64,000 bases of DNA from an uncultured Clostridium sp. (lineage in GTDB: Bacteria > Bacillota > Clostridia > TANB77 > CAG-508): NCBI GenBank assembly GCA_946411515.1, contig CAMKEH010000006.1, forward strand, positions 3,560-67,559. The letters are read 5' to 3'. Positions 19,163 through 31,148 of the stretch are shown here, in pieces. The stretch's first letter is position 1. The number at the start of each line of letters is the position of its first letter. The notes beneath the pieces are model-generated. The model did not search any database. It was not told the DNA's origin and saw only the letters and a list, made by a program, of their open reading frames with translations. A program made the translations under genes and the position numbers.

Positions 19163-21586
19163 TTATTCTCCTCTTAATGATTCAACAGGGTCTTTTTTGC
19201 TTGCAATGCTTGCTGGACCTAAACCTGCAATAACTGTAAGTAGCATACTTACACCTATTAATATAAATGCATGTGTAATTGATACTTGCATAATTCCATC
19301 TATTTTTGCTAGAGCATTTACAATAAGATTAACAAGTAATGATATTAAATAAGTAATTATAATACCTAAAGCTCCTGAAGCAAATCCTTCAATGATTGTT
19401 TCTGCAATAAATACTCTTTTAACATCTCTTTTAGATGCTCCTATTGCTCTTAAGATTCCTATTTCTTTTGTTCTTTCAAGTACAGAAATGTAAGTTATTA
19501 TACCAATCATTAAACTTGATACAACTAATGAAATAGCAACAAATGCAATCATTACCATAGAAATCATATTAACTATTTGTGTTATTCCTTTTGTTAATTC
19601 TTCCATTTGATCTGAATATATAATTTTATCTTCTTCTGAAACTGAATTATTATAGTTCTCTATAAATTTCTTTATTTCTGCCTTTGAATCTGCATTTTTA
19701 GGATATATATTTATAGTGTATGGTGTATCTTCACTTCCGGCACTTAACAATTTTAAATTTGCCTCATAAGATTCTTGCATCATTTCATCAAAAGGTAAGC
19801 CTGTAAATACATTTATTTCTTTATTTGCTAATTGTTGTTTAACTATTTGAGTCTTATTTGCTTCTTCCATTATATATTTAGCTAAATCTTCTGTATATCC
19901 TAAATATCCATTTGGTGTATTTTCATTTTTAACTTTAACAATTCCTGTTATTTTTAATTCTGTGGCTTTATCATATAAATATTTCATGTAATTATTATCA
20001 TTTTGTCTACTTACCCATATGCCACTTCGTTGTTCATAATAATCTGCTGGATTTATCAATTTATATGTTTTACCAATTATTTTGTCGAAATCATATGATA
20101 CATTTTTTAATTTGATTTCTTCACCATTAGAAGCTTTCTTTAAAAATTCTGCAATATCCGCTTTGTTTTCTATATTTAATGAATACATTGTAGATAGAGA
20201 TAATTCATTATCTTTATTTACAACCAATACTAATTCATTATATGCTTTTGGCATTTCTCCTGATAAAATTTCATAATTTGAATCATCTAATAATTGACTA
20301 AATGAATTTTGAAGTATACTTGTCATACTTTCTAGACTGGCCATTAGTCCAGTATCTGCAGTATTTCCTGCATTTTCTATTGGGTTTACTTTTATAATTT
20401 GTCCATTATTGTTTTTGTCATATATATTTAAATCTACATTATATATGTATTTAACATCTGAAGAAAATTGTTCAACTTCTGATTTATGATTATTTATATA
20501 TTCCTTCATCTTTTTAAGGTTATTTTTCTTTATTGTTGCTTTTTCATTTAGAGCCATATTAGAAGAAATATTATCATTTGCAACTATTTTATTTGGATGT
20601 TCTTCTTTTTTTGTTTTTTCTGATTCTGATGAATTATATTTCATTTTTGAACTATCTGTAGTTGTTGATTGAATGCTAAGTGCCATACTAGCAAAAGAAT
20701 CTTTTTGCAAATTTTCAGCATAATTTCTTACACCGTTTGACAAACCTAAAATAAGTGCTATTCCAATAATTCCAACACTTCCAGCTATAGCTGTAACAAA
20801 AGTCCTTCCTTTTTTAGTAAGTAAGTTGTTCAAACTTAATGTTAATGCTGTAAATAATCCCATTGATTTTCTTTTCTTTTCAATTTCTTTTTCATTTTTT
20901 TCTTTTCCATCAAATGGCATTGTATCATCAATTATATGACCATCTTTTAGGCTTACTATTCTTGTTGAATATTGTTTTGCAAGTTCTGGGTTATGAGTAA
21001 CCATTATTACTAATTTTTCTTTAGCAACTTCCTTTAATAAGTCCATAATTTGTATACTAGTTTCTGAATCCAATGCTCCTGTTGGTTCATCAGCTAGAAT
21101 TATTTCTGGATCATTTACTAATGCTCTTGCAATTGCAACTCTTTGCATTTGTCCTCCTGATAATTGACTTGGTCTTTTATTTAAATGATCTCCTAATCCA
21201 ACTTTCTTTAATGCTTCTTTAGCTTTTTTCCTACGTGTCGATTTTGATTCTCCTGATAATGTCAAAGCTAATTCTACATTTGAAAGAATTGATTGGTGCA
21301 TAATTAAATTATAACTTTGGAATATAAATCCAACTTTGTGATTTCTATATGTATCCCAATCTGATGATTTATATTCTTTAGTACTTGTTCCACTTATTAT
21401 TAAGTCACCTGATGTATAATGATCTAATCCTCCAATAATGTTTAGTAGCGTTGATTTACCACTACCGCTTTGTCCTAAAATAGATACAAATTCATTTTTT
21501 CTAAAGTTTATTGACACTTTATCTAAAGCTTTTTGTTCTATTTCTTCCATTTTGTAGATTTTAGTAACTTCTTTTATTTCTAACAT
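19163..21586 (-). CDS. Fused ABC transporter ATP-binding protein/FtsX-family permease (MacB type), paralogue of 15826-19020
   Basis: 807-aa ORF with GQSGSGKST, LSGGQMQR, ILADEPTGALD and an FtsX C-terminus. Confidence 0.85.
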   Translation of the reverse strand: MLEIKEVTKIYKMEEIEQKALDKVSINFRKNEFVSILGQSGSGKSTLLNIIGGLDHYTSGDLIISGTSTKEYKSSDWDTYRNHKVGFIFQSYNLIMHQSILSNVELALTLSGESKSTRRKKAKEALKKVGLGDHLNKRPSQLSGGQMQRVAIARALVNDPEIILADEPTGALDSETSIQIMDLLKEVAKEKLVIMVTHNPELAKQYSTRIVSLKDGHIIDDTMPFDGKEKNEKEIEKKRKSMGLFTALTLSLNNLLTKKGRTFVTAIAGSVGIIGIALILGLSNGVRNYAENLQKDSFASMALSIQSTTTDSSKMKYNSSESEKTKKEEHPNKIVANDNISSNMALNEKATIKKNNLKKMKEYINNHKSEVEQFSSDVKYIYNVDLNIYDKNNNGQIIKVNPIENAGNTADTGLMASLESMTSILQNSFSQLLDDSNYEILSGEMPKAYNELVLVVNKDNELSLSTMYSLNIENKADIAEFLKKASNGEEIKLKNVSYDFDKIIGKTYKLINPADYYEQRSGIWVSRQNDNNYMKYLYDKATELKITGIVKVKNENTPNGYLGYTEDLAKYIMEEANKTQIVKQQLANKEINVFTGLPFDEMMQESYEANLKLLSAGSEDTPYTINIYPKNADSKAEIKKFIENYNNSVSEEDKIIYSDQMEELTKGITQIVNMISMVMIAFVAISLVVSSLMIGIITYISVLERTKEIGILRAIGASKRDVKRVFIAETIIEGFASGALGIIITYLISLLVNLIVNALAKIDGIMQVSITHAFILIGVSMLLTVIAGLGPASIASKKDPVESLRGE

Positions 21587-21619
21587 TCTTTATTTCCTTT
21601 CTTTACTTTTCTAAAATTT

Positions 21620-22054
21620 CTAGTCTTCTGCTTCTCTTCTTACTTTAAGAACTTGATTTAAAATGAATGCTTTAATTAGTATTCCTATAATATTTGCTAT
21701 TGATTCCATATTAAGAATTGAGCCAAATCCAGCACTTAATATCTCTATTATTGGTGAGATTATGCCTAATATTAATAATATTATTAAAAACATAGATTTT
21801 CTTCCATTTTTTGCAGCTCTTCCAAGTAACCAACCTTCAAATACAGTAAAAAGTGATGATGTTATAAAATTAATTCCTAAAAATACTTTTGGATCAAGGT
21901 TTAACTTTTGTAATTCTGCTAATTTTCCCATTTCTGTTTGAAATAATGTGTCACCTATATTTGTAGTCATAGCAATAATTCCAATGACTACACCTATAAT
22001 ACCTAAAATATAGCATAGAATACTAAGTTTTTTTAGCAATTTACTCCCTGTCAT
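21620..22054 (-). CDS. Small 4-TM membrane protein, unknown function
   Basis: 144-aa hydrophobic ORF heading the ABC cluster. Confidence 0.45.
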   Translation of the reverse strand: MTGSKLLKKLSILCYILGIIGVVIGIIAMTTNIGDTLFQTEMGKLAELQKLNLDPKVFLGINFITSSLFTVFEGWLLGRAAKNGRKSMFLIILLILGIISPIIEILSAGFGSILNMESIANIIGILIKAFILNQVLKVRREAED

Positions 22055-22116
22055 TTTTTGTTTCCTCCTTTCGAATTTTAATTATTAGTTTTTATTAATT
22101 CATAAATATACTACAC

Positions 22117-23283
22117 TTATTTTATAATATTGTCTGCCAACAATTTTAATTGTTCTTTTGATTCATTATTTAGAGTTGATCTAATTGTAACTATTGGTTC
22201 TATAATTTCAATATCTTTCATTTGTTCTAAAATCTCTTTCATGCATTTTGCAGCATTTGGTGACCAAGTTCCATTTTCTATTATTCCTACTTTTCTATTT
22301 TGATAATTTTTTCCTTTTAAGTGATGTAAGAATTGTTCCATAGGAGAAAATATTCCCATATTATATGTAGATGAAGCAAGTATTATTTTTCCATATCTAA
22401 ATGCATCTTCTATGCATTCTGCAAAATCTTCTCTTGCTAAATCTGATAACACTACTTTTTTTGCTCCTTTTTCTTCTAATATTTTCTTCAATTCTTTTGC
22501 AGCATTCATTGTATTTCCATGTATTGAACTACAAGCTATAAATATTCCTTCAGACTCTGGTTTATATGAACTCCATATATCATATAAATTCAAATAATGA
22601 TTTAAATCTTCTTTTAATATTGGTCCATGAAGCGGACATATTGTTTTTATATCTAATGAAGCTGCTTTTTTAAGTACTGCTTGTACTTGTATTCCATATT
22701 TTCCTACAATATTGAAATAATATCTTCTAGCTTCACAATCCCATTCTTCATCAGTATCTAAACTTCCAAATTTACCAAACGCATCTGCTGAAAATAGTAT
22801 TTTTTCTGTTTCTTCATATTCCATCATAACTTCTGGCCAATGTACCATAGGTGCCATTATAAATCTTAATGTATGTTTTCCTAAATTTAGAGTATCTCCT
22901 TCTTTTACTTCTATTTTTCTTTCTTCTAAATCTTTTATATCAAAAAATTGAGGTATAAAACTAAATACTTTATTATTACTTACTATCTTTATATTTGGAT
23001 ATTTTTCTATTAGATTTTGAATATTTGCTGCATGATCAGGTTCCATATGTGAAACAACTAAATAATCTGGAGTTCTTCCATCTAATGCTTTATCTAAATT
23101 TTCTAACCATTCATCTGTTTTTCTTCTATCTATTGTATCCATAATTGCTATTTTTTCATCTTTTATTAAATATGAGTTATATGATATTCCATTTGGTACT
23201 ATGTATTGACTTTCAAATAAATCTATATCTTTATCATCTGCTCCTATATAAATTATATTTTCTGAAATTTTAATATCTTTCAT
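22117..23283 (-). CDS. FprA-family A-type flavodiiron protein (metallo-beta-lactamase + flavodoxin domains)
   Basis: Di-iron ligand motif VVSHMEPDHA and a C-terminal flavodoxin-like domain. Start taken at MKDIKI (ATG 23281-23283). Confidence 0.8.
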   Translation of the reverse strand: MKDIKISENIIYIGADDKDIDLFESQYIVPNGISYNSYLIKDEKIAIMDTIDRRKTDEWLENLDKALDGRTPDYLVVSHMEPDHAANIQNLIEKYPNIKIVSNNKVFSFIPQFFDIKDLEERKIEVKEGDTLNLGKHTLRFIMAPMVHWPEVMMEYEETEKILFSADAFGKFGSLDTDEEWDCEARRYYFNIVGKYGIQVQAVLKKAASLDIKTICPLHGPILKEDLNHYLNLYDIWSSYKPESEGIFIACSSIHGNTMNAAKELKKILEEKGAKKVVLSDLAREDFAECIEDAFRYGKIILASSTYNMGIFSPMEQFLHHLKGKNYQNRKVGIIENGTWSPNAAKCMKEILEQMKDIEIIEPIVTIRSTLNNESKEQLKLLADNIIK

Positions 23284-23316
23284 CTTTTTTCTTCCCTTCA
23301 TAATTAATTTATTTAA

Positions 23317-25675
23317 TTAAACTCTATTTTTTAGATTAATTTTATTAATTATTTTTCTTAATATAAATGTAAAGACTATAAAGTCAAAAATTGAAATTAA
23401 TCCAAATTTTATTATATTATTTAACATTGGCATTATTTCGGCTATGTTAAACCACCAATTTAGAGCTGTTAGACCAAATATGAACAATGTTGTTGAGGCA
23501 ATTGCTAAACCTAATCTAAATATTGATACTGGTAATACTGTTTCTTCACTTTTTCTTGTTTTAGCTAATGTAAATAGTAATATAATTCCACATATTCCAG
23601 TAGATATTACACATAAGCTTGAATATTGTTCAGTAGGTATCAAACCTTGTCTATGTAATAGAGATATTATAAATATATCTACTGCCACTGCTAAACTTGT
23701 TGGCAAAGCTCTTATTATTACATTTTGTAAAAACTTTCCTTTTATTCTTTCTCTATTTGGTTCTAAAGCTAATAAGAATGATGGGATTCCTATAGTTACA
23801 GTACTTATTAAACTTAATTGTATTGGTACAAATGGATATGCCGCACCCATAAACAAGAACATTAAGGCAAGTATTCCTGAATAAATTGTTTTTACTAAGA
23901 ATAATGATGCTGAACGCTGTATATTATTTATTGTTCTTCTTCCTTCTGCTACTACTTTTGGCATTGAAGCAAAATTAGAATCTAATAATATTAATTGAGA
24001 TACACTTTTGGTGGCATCACTTCCATTTGCCATTGCTATACCACAATCCGATTCTTTTAATGCTAGAACATCATTTACTCCGGTCTCCTGTCATAGCAAC
24101 AGTTCTTTTTGCCTTTTTTAGAGCTTTTACTAATAATTGTTTTTGAAGCGGAGATACTCTACCAAATATAGAATATTTTAATGCTACTTTATCTATTTGA
24201 TTATCTTTTACTTGTGACATATCTATATAATTTTCATAGTTACGTACTCCCACTTTTTTTGCAATTTTTGATACTGTAAGAGGATTGTCTCCAGAAATAA
24301 TTTTAACATCAACACCTTGTTTATAAAAATATTCTAATGTTCTTGGAGCTTCTTTTCTTATTTTATCAAGAATTAATATTAATCCTATAATTTCTATATT
24401 ATTTGGTAAGTTTTTATCTTTAAAATCCTCTTTTGAATATGCTAAAACTATAACTCTATAATCTTTTGAATATTTATTTACTACATCTTCATAATCTTTA
24501 AATTTTTTAGCTAATACAATTTCTGGAGCTCCAATAATGTAACTTCCTTCTTTTTCAAAGTTTATCCCTGACCATTTTGTCTTAGATGAAAATGCTACTT
24601 TTTGTATTGGATTAAATTTTTTATTTGTTTTTGTAAAATATTTTTTAATAGCATCTATTGTAGAATTTTCATCTTCTGAAAATTTAGCTATATTTGCCAT
24701 TATATTTTTCATTTCATCTTCTGATCTTGTAATTGGAACAAAATCAATTACTTCCATTATTCCTTCTGTTAAAGTTCCTGTCTTATCAAGGCATAATGTA
24801 TCTACTCTAGCTAATGTTTCTATACAATATAATTCTTGAACTAATACTTTTGATTTAGAAAGTCTTATAACACTAACTGCAAGAACTGTACTAGTTAGTA
24901 ATACTAATCCCTCTGGAATCATACCAATAATACCTGCAACTGTTTTTACTACTGCATCTTTAAGTCCAACTCCAAATACACTATATTGCATTACAAATAA
25001 TCCTATTCCAATTGGAATTATTGCAAAAGTCAAAAATTTAATTATTTTATTTAAGGATGTCATTATTTCAGATTTCACTTTTTTTATGTATTTTGCACCA
25101 CTAGAGATTTTAGCAGTATAATTATCTTCTCCAATATGCTCTACTTGTGCTAAGCATTTACCACTTACTATAAAACTTCCAGATAAAATATTATCTCCTT
25201 CTTTTTTTATTATAGTATCTGGCTCTCCTGTTAAAAATGATTCATTTACTTGAACCTCACCTTTTAAAATAATACTATCTGTTGCAACCTGGTTTCCTGT
25301 ATTTAATTCTATTAAATCATCTAATACTAAATCATTTATAGATATTTCTGACTTTTTTCCATCTCTTATTACTTTTACTTTACTAGTTGCCATTACAGAT
25401 AATTTATCTATTGTCTTTTTAGCATGAATTTCTTGAAAAGTACTTATTGCTGTATTTATTATTACAATTGCTAAAAATAACATATTTTTATATGAACCTA
25501 CCAAAAATATGCATATTCCTAGAAACAAATTTATTATATTAAATAATGTAAAGAAGTTTTCAAATAATATTCTTTTTATTGTTTTTGTAGGTACTGTAGT
25601 ATCATAATTAATTTTTCCTTCTTCTTGCCTTTTCTTTACTTCTTCTTCAGTTAGTCCTTTTTTTATATCTACCAT
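23317..25675 (-). pseudogene. Cation-transporting P-type ATPase, frame broken by one C insertion
   Basis: ORF pieces 24071-25675 and 23317-24033. It has the phosphorylation site CLDKTGTLT. The break is GAC[C]GGA (~24082) inside the invariant hinge MTGD-G-VNDVLALK, and removing the C restores it. Confidence 0.85.
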
Positions 25676-25784
25676 TTTTCCTCCACATTAATTGACTATT
25701 TTCTATTAGTTTCATTTTTCATATTCATAAATTTCTTCATTATCTTTTTCAAATTGCTATTTATAGATTATTCTTTTACTATAT

Positions 25785-27446
25785 CTAAAATATCCCTACT
25801 ATATTTCCATTTTCATCAATATCGATATTTTCAGCTGTAGGTACTTTAGGAAGTCCTGGCATTGTCATGATTTTCCCTGCTAAAACAACTATAAAACCTG
25901 CTCCTGATTTTAATTCTATATTTCTAACATGTATATTGTAATTATTATTACATTCTAGATTTTTAGGATCATCTGAGAATGAATATTGTGTTTTAGCAAT
26001 ACAAACTGGTAGATTTCCATATCCTAAGCTTTCAATTTTTTCTATTTCATTTATTGCCTCTTCAGAGTATTCAACATCTTTTGCTCCATAAATCTTAGTT
26101 GAAACTTTAAATATTTTTTCTTTTATAGTATCATTATCTTCATAAATATATTTAAAATCTTCTTTTCTTTCTACTAAGTCTACTATTTTTTTTGCAATAT
26201 CTGTTGCTCCTTCTCCTCCTTTTGCCCAGCCTTCTACTAGACTTAATTTAACATCTTTTTGTTTTAACTTTTGTTCCAAAAATTCTATTTCTTTTTCAGT
26301 ATCAGATATGTATCTATTTAAAGCAACTATTACATTTAAACCAAATTTATTTTTTAAATTATCAATATGTCTATACAGATTATCTAAACCCTTTTCTATT
26401 CCTTCAATATTTTCCTCTTGTATTTTTTCTTTTTCTACTCCTCCGTGATATTTTATTGCTTTTATTGTAGCAACTAAAACCACAGCATCTGGTTTTAATC
26501 CAGTTTTTCTACATTTTATATCTAAAAATTTTTCTGCACCAAGATCTGCTCCAAATCCAGCTTCTGTAACAACATAATCCGATAATTTCAAAGCCATTTT
26601 AGTTGCAACTATACTATTACATCCATGAGCTATATTTGCAAAAGGTCCTCCATGAATAATTGCAGGAGTATGTTCTAACGTCTGCACTAAATTCGGTTTA
26701 ATAGCATCTTTTAAAAGAACTGCCATTGCACCTTGTGCATTTAAATCTTTTGCATAGATCGGATTTTCCTGTTTATTGTATCCAACAATTATATTTCCTA
26801 ATTTATTTTTTAAATCTTCTATATTTTCTGATAAACATACAATTGCCATTATTTCTGATGCAACCGTTATATCAAATTTGTCTTTTCTTGGAACTATTTT
26901 CTTTTCTTCAGATAAACCTGTATTTACAACTCTTAATTGTCTATCATTTAAATCTATACATCTTTTCCAAACAACCTTATCAAACCCTAATTCATTTCCA
27001 AAATAAATATGATTATCAATCATAGCTGATAATAAATTATTTGCAGCAGTCATTGCATGAATGTCTCCTGTAAAATGAAGGTTTATATCTTCCATTGGAG
27101 CTACTTGAACTTTTCCGCCACCAGTTGCTCCTCCTTTTATTCCAAATACAGGTCCAAGTGATGGTTCTCTTAGAGCTAATATTGATTTTTTTCCTATTTT
27201 TTGAAGGCCATCTGCTACAGCTATAGAAATTGTTGTTTTACCTTCTCCTAGAGGTGTTGGGCTCATTGCTGTTACTAATATTAATTTTCCATTTTTCTTA
27301 TTCTTTAATTTTTCTTCTATTCTTTCAGATATCTTTGCTTTATATTTTCCATATTGTTCGATATATTCTTCATCTATATCTAGTTTTTTTGCAATATCAA
27401 CAATATTTTCTAGTTTAGTACTTCTTGCAATTTCTATATCTGTCAT
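25785..27446 (-). CDS. fhs: Formate--tetrahydrofolate ligase
   Basis: ~553-aa ORF with PTPLGEGKTT and the overall FTHFS pattern. Start at MTDIEI. Confidence 0.9.
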   Translation of the reverse strand: MTDIEIARSTKLENIVDIAKKLDIDEEYIEQYGKYKAKISERIEEKLKNKKNGKLILVTAMSPTPLGEGKTTISIAVADGLQKIGKKSILALREPSLGPVFGIKGGATGGGKVQVAPMEDINLHFTGDIHAMTAANNLLSAMIDNHIYFGNELGFDKVVWKRCIDLNDRQLRVVNTGLSEEKKIVPRKDKFDITVASEIMAIVCLSENIEDLKNKLGNIIVGYNKQENPIYAKDLNAQGAMAVLLKDAIKPNLVQTLEHTPAIIHGGPFANIAHGCNSIVATKMALKLSDYVVTEAGFGADLGAEKFLDIKCRKTGLKPDAVVLVATIKAIKYHGGVEKEKIQEENIEGIEKGLDNLYRHIDNLKNKFGLNVIVALNRYISDTEKEIEFLEQKLKQKDVKLSLVEGWAKGGEGATDIAKKIVDLVERKEDFKYIYEDNDTIKEKIFKVSTKIYGAKDVEYSEEAINEIEKIESLGYGNLPVCIAKTQYSFSDDPKNLECNNNYNIHVRNIELKSGAGFIVVLAGKIMTMPGLPKVPTAENIDIDENGNIVGIF

Positions 27447-27466
27447 AAAAATCACCTCTATTTATT

Positions 27467-27946
27467 TTATCTAATTATTGGCTCTCTACCATTTTCTAAA
27501 TATAATTTAATATCTTTTATTGGTCTTATATCTACATCTATTATATTTTGTGGAAGGTCATCAAGATCAAACCATTTAAATTCTTTTACTTCATTATCAT
27601 TAAATTTTATTTCACCTTTAAAATCTTCACATATAAATACATGATTTACAACATATACTTTATCTCCATTTGGATATTCATGAAACATGTTTCTACCTGT
27701 ATATATTCCACATAATTTAGGATTTACAGGTTCTATATTCATTTCTTCTTTCAATTCTCTAGATAATGCTTCTAAAAATTCTTCATCTGGATTTAATCCG
27801 CCACCATGCATAGCCCAATTACCATCATCTGCTCTTTTTTGTAATAATACTTTTCCATCTTTATATATTATTGCACCTGCAGTAGGCATAAACATTGCAT
27901 CATGTCCAATTTTATTTCTCATTTCTTTAACATACTCATCTATCAT
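27467..27946 (-). CDS. NUDIX hydrolase
   Basis: 159-aa ORF with a Nudix box (GGGLNPDEEFLEALSRELKEEMNI). Confidence 0.8.
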   Translation of the reverse strand: MIDEYVKEMRNKIGHDAMFMPTAGAIIYKDGKVLLQKRADDGNWAMHGGGLNPDEEFLEALSRELKEEMNIEPVNPKLCGIYTGRNMFHEYPNGDKVYVVNHVFICEDFKGEIKFNDNEVKEFKWFDLDDLPQNIIDVDIRPIKDIKLYLENGREPIIR

Positions 27947-27961
27947 TATTTAGTTCTCCAT

Positions 27962-28402
27962 CTATATAAATAACCCAGCAATTAATCCTATTAATGCTCC
28001 AACAAATACTTGTGTAGGAGTATGTCCTAATACTTCGACTAATTTTTCAGAAACTTGAATTCCAGTTAATCCTGGTGTTTCTATTAATTTGTTTAGTAAT
28101 GCTGCTTGTTTCCCAGCAGCTCTTCTTACTCCACACGCGTCATACATAACTACAAATGCTAAAATTAATGAAACTGCAAATATTGGAGTATTTACTCCTT
28201 CATATTTTCCAATTAAAGTAGCTAAGCCTGTTACTACAGCAGAATGAGAGCTTGGCATACCACCTGCTCCTAGTATTCTTTTAAAATTAAATTTTTTTGT
28301 TGTTACTAAATCATAAATTAATTTAAATAATTGTATTCCAAACCATAGTAAAAATGGCACATACACATATTTGTTTTGTATAAATCCTAAAAAATCATTC
28401 AT
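27962..28402 (-). CDS. Divergent PAP2-family membrane protein (DUF212/YuiD-like)
   Basis: 146-aa ORF with the motif GGMPSSHSA. Confidence 0.7.
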   Translation of the reverse strand: MNDFLGFIQNKYVYVPFLLWFGIQLFKLIYDLVTTKKFNFKRILGAGGMPSSHSAVVTGLATLIGKYEGVNTPIFAVSLILAFVVMYDACGVRRAAGKQAALLNKLIETPGLTGIQVSEKLVEVLGHTPTQVFVGALIGLIAGLFI

Positions 28403-28419
28403 TTTTATTACCCTTTCTT

Positions 28420-28641
28420 TTATTCTTCAGTTTCGAAATTTTCTTCTTTTATATTTCCGTCTTCATTTAATAATATTGTTATTTTCTTTTCTGCATCTTC
28501 TAATATTTTATTACATTGTTTAGAAAGTTTTATTCCTTCTTCAAATTTAGAAACAGAATCGTCTAAATTTAAATCTCCTTTTTCTAGTTCTGTAACTATT
28601 TTTTCTAATTCTTCTATGTTTTCTTCAAAACTTTTACTCAT
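28420..28641 (-). CDS. xseB: Exodeoxyribonuclease VII small subunit
   Basis: 73-aa helical ORF (SFEENIEELEKIV..LE.G.L.LD.S...), adjacent to xseA. Confidence 0.85.
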   Translation of the reverse strand: MSKSFEENIEELEKIVTELEKGDLNLDDSVSKFEEGIKLSKQCNKILEDAEKKITILLNEDGNIKEENFETEE

Positions 28642-28670
28642 TATAATTTATCCCCCAAAAAATAATATCT

Positions 28671-29866
28671 CTAATTTACTGTTGCTTGTTTTTTTCCATC
28701 TGCAAATTTTAAATCTATAATATCTCCAGAATTTAATTCGTCTTTACTTTTTACAATTTTCCCATCTTTTTCAGTAATACTATATCCTCTATATAGTGTC
28801 TTTAATGGACTTAGTGCATCCAATTTTGCAATTAGCTCTACATATTTTGTTTTTTTACTTTCTTGTCTTGTTTTCATACTATTTTCTAATTGCTTTATAT
28901 ATGTATCTACTTTTAAATAATTATCATTTACCCTTCTTAAAGGTTCTTTAAAGGTACTACTTGAGATTACTTTTTCATATCTTAATTTCATAAGTTCTAA
29001 CTTTTTGATTAATGAACTTCTTAATCTATCTTGATATAAATCTATTTTTCTTTTTAATTCATATGTATCTGCAACGGCCAACTCTGCTGCTGCGGATGGT
29101 GTTGGTGCTCTTAAATCTGAGGCAAAATCTGCAATTGTAAAGTCTGTCTCATGTCCTACTGCAGATATTATTGGTATCTCAGAATTATATATACTATTAG
29201 CTACAATTTCCTCATTAAATGGCCATAAGTCTTCCAAAGATCCTCCGCCTCTTGCTAAGATTAATACATCTGCTAATCTTTCTCTATTCATAAATTCTAT
29301 TGCTTGTGCAATCTTTTCTGCTGCGCCTTCTCCTTGAACAGGAACTGGATATAATCTAATATATACATTTGGATTTCTTCTTGTTGATACATTTATTATA
29401 TCTCTAATAACTGAACCTGTACTTGAAGTTAGTACGCCTATTACTTTTGGCATAAGAGGAATTTGCATTTTATGTTCTTCATCAAAAAGTCCTTGCTTTT
29501 CTAATTTATTTTTTAATTCTTGATATTTAGTATATAAATCTCCTAGTCCATCTTCTTCCATTACTTTAGCATATACTTGATATACTCCATCTCTTTCGAA
29601 TACAGATACACTACCGCAAAATCATAACTTTCATACCGATCTTTTGGCATGAAAGTTAATTTTTCGGCATATGATTTAAACATTATACATTTAACAAGAG
29701 ATTTTTCATCTTTTAAAGTAAAATACATATGTCCTGTATAATGATTTTTAAAATTTGATATTTCTCCTTTAATTAATATATTGTTTAAATTTTCATCATC
29801 ATCTATTTTATCTTTTATGTATTTATTTAAATCAGAAACACTTATTGCTAAGTCTCTATATTTCAT
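28671..29866 (-). pseudogene. xseA: Exodeoxyribonuclease VII large subunit, frame broken twice by single-C insertions
   Basis: ORF pieces 29561-29866 and 28671-29561. The breaks are GAT[C]GGT (29638) and TTG[C]GGT (29616). Removing both restores ...FMPKDGMKVMILGSVSVFERDGVYQVYAKVMEEDGLGDL... Confidence 0.85.
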
Positions 29867-29867
29867 A

Positions 29868-30281
29868 TTACTCTTTTCCTTCTTCTTTTACCACACTTGC
29901 TAAAATTCCATTTATAAAGTTTTTAGAAGTGTCTTCTCCATATTTTTTTCCTAGTTCAACCGCTTCATTTATTGCAACTTTAAATGGTATATCTGTATAT
30001 TTTATTTCATAGATTGCAAGTTTTAAAATTGCTAAATCTACTTTAGAAATTCTTTCTATTTTCCAATCTTGCTTTAGATTTTTTTGGATTTTAGATATAA
30101 TTTCTTCTTTGTTTTTTTCCATACCTTTAACAACATCTTCTATATATGTAATTGCTTTTTTATCTTTTATTTCATTACTTTCTAAATAAAGTTCAATTTG
30201 TTCTTCTATTGGTTCTTTTTTTTGAATTTCTAAACTATATATTAGTTTAAATGCTTGTTCTCTTATTTCTGATCTGTTCAT
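29868..30281 (-). CDS. nusB: Transcription antitermination factor NusB
   Basis: 137-aa ORF with typical NusB length, conserved context (asp23...nusB-xseA-xseB) and [12 protein letters not shown]. Confidence 0.9.
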   Translation of the reverse strand: MNRSEIREQAFKLIYSLEIQKKEPIEEQIELYLESNEIKDKKAITYIEDVVKGMEKNKEEIISKIQKNLKQDWKIERISKVDLAILKLAIYEIKYTDIPFKVAINEAVELGKKYGEDTSKNFINGILASVVKEEGKE

Positions 30282-30308
30282 GATAATCCTCTCTATATGA
30301 TAGTACTT

Positions 30309-30512
30309 TTACATTCTATCAATAAAATCTTTTAATTTTGTTTTTACAAAGTCTTTATTATTTTGTACGTAATTTCCTATGAAAGCTCCTAATATTATTA
30401 CTACTATTGCCAATATTAGGTTATATAATCTTGTTATTAATATTAGAATTGCAATTGCTATTCCTATTATAGCTCCTTTATATTGATCCCAAAATCCTTT
30501 AAATCCTTCCAT
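30309..30512 (-). CDS. DUF2273-like small membrane protein
   Basis: 67-aa 2-TM ORF in the usual Asp23/AmaP neighbourhood. Confidence 0.55.
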   Translation of the reverse strand: MEGFKGFWDQYKGAIIGIAIAILILITRLYNLILAIVVIILGAFIGNYVQNNKDFVKTKLKDFIDRM

Positions 30513-30536
30513 TTTTTAACGTCCTTTCAATTTAAT

Positions 30537-31109
30537 TTATTCTTCTGCTTGTCCTTCTTCTTGTTCAGGTTCTTTTTCAACAACTCTTTTAATTGCTATA
30601 TTTACTTCTTTTACTTCTAAGTCAGTTGCACTTTTTATTTTTTCTTTTATCTCTGTCTGAAGTTTTGCAGATAAATCTTTAATTACTACATCTGCATTCA
30701 CAGTTAAATTAATATATACTATGACATTATTATCTTTATCTAAATCTACTCTTGTTGATACTTGTTCACTATTTTCAAAGTTTAATGCAATAGAATCTAC
30801 TAGATTTTCTATTGTTTCTTTTGAAATTAATAATTTACCATTATCATTTTCAAGTAATACTCCTGGATTTATTTTTTCTTTTTTCTTTGATGATGAATCA
30901 AAGAATATACATTTTATTGAAAGCAATACAAAGAACGCACATACTCCTAAAATTATTTTACTTGATGTATCTCCATAAATCCATTTTGCTATTATTCCTC
31001 CAACTAAATTAATATCTAGCCATCCAAAAATCATTAATCCAATTATTACTGATAGTATTAGCATAATATTTGCATATAAAATTAGTGTGAATTTTTCTAT
31101 AAATTTCAT
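30537..31109 (-). CDS. AmaP-like alkaline-shock membrane anchor protein
   Basis: 190-aa ORF with N-terminal TMs, adjacent to Asp23. Confidence 0.55.
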   Translation of the reverse strand: MKFIEKFTLILYANIMLILSVIIGLMIFGWLDINLVGGIIAKWIYGDTSSKIILGVCAFFVLLSIKCIFFDSSSKKKEKINPGVLLENDNGKLLISKETIENLVDSIALNFENSEQVSTRVDLDKDNNVIVYINLTVNADVVIKDLSAKLQTEIKEKIKSATDLEVKEVNIAIKRVVEKEPEQEEGQAEE

Positions 31110-31148
31110 TTCATCTACTCCTTTATTTTTTATTTCTTTTATAATTAA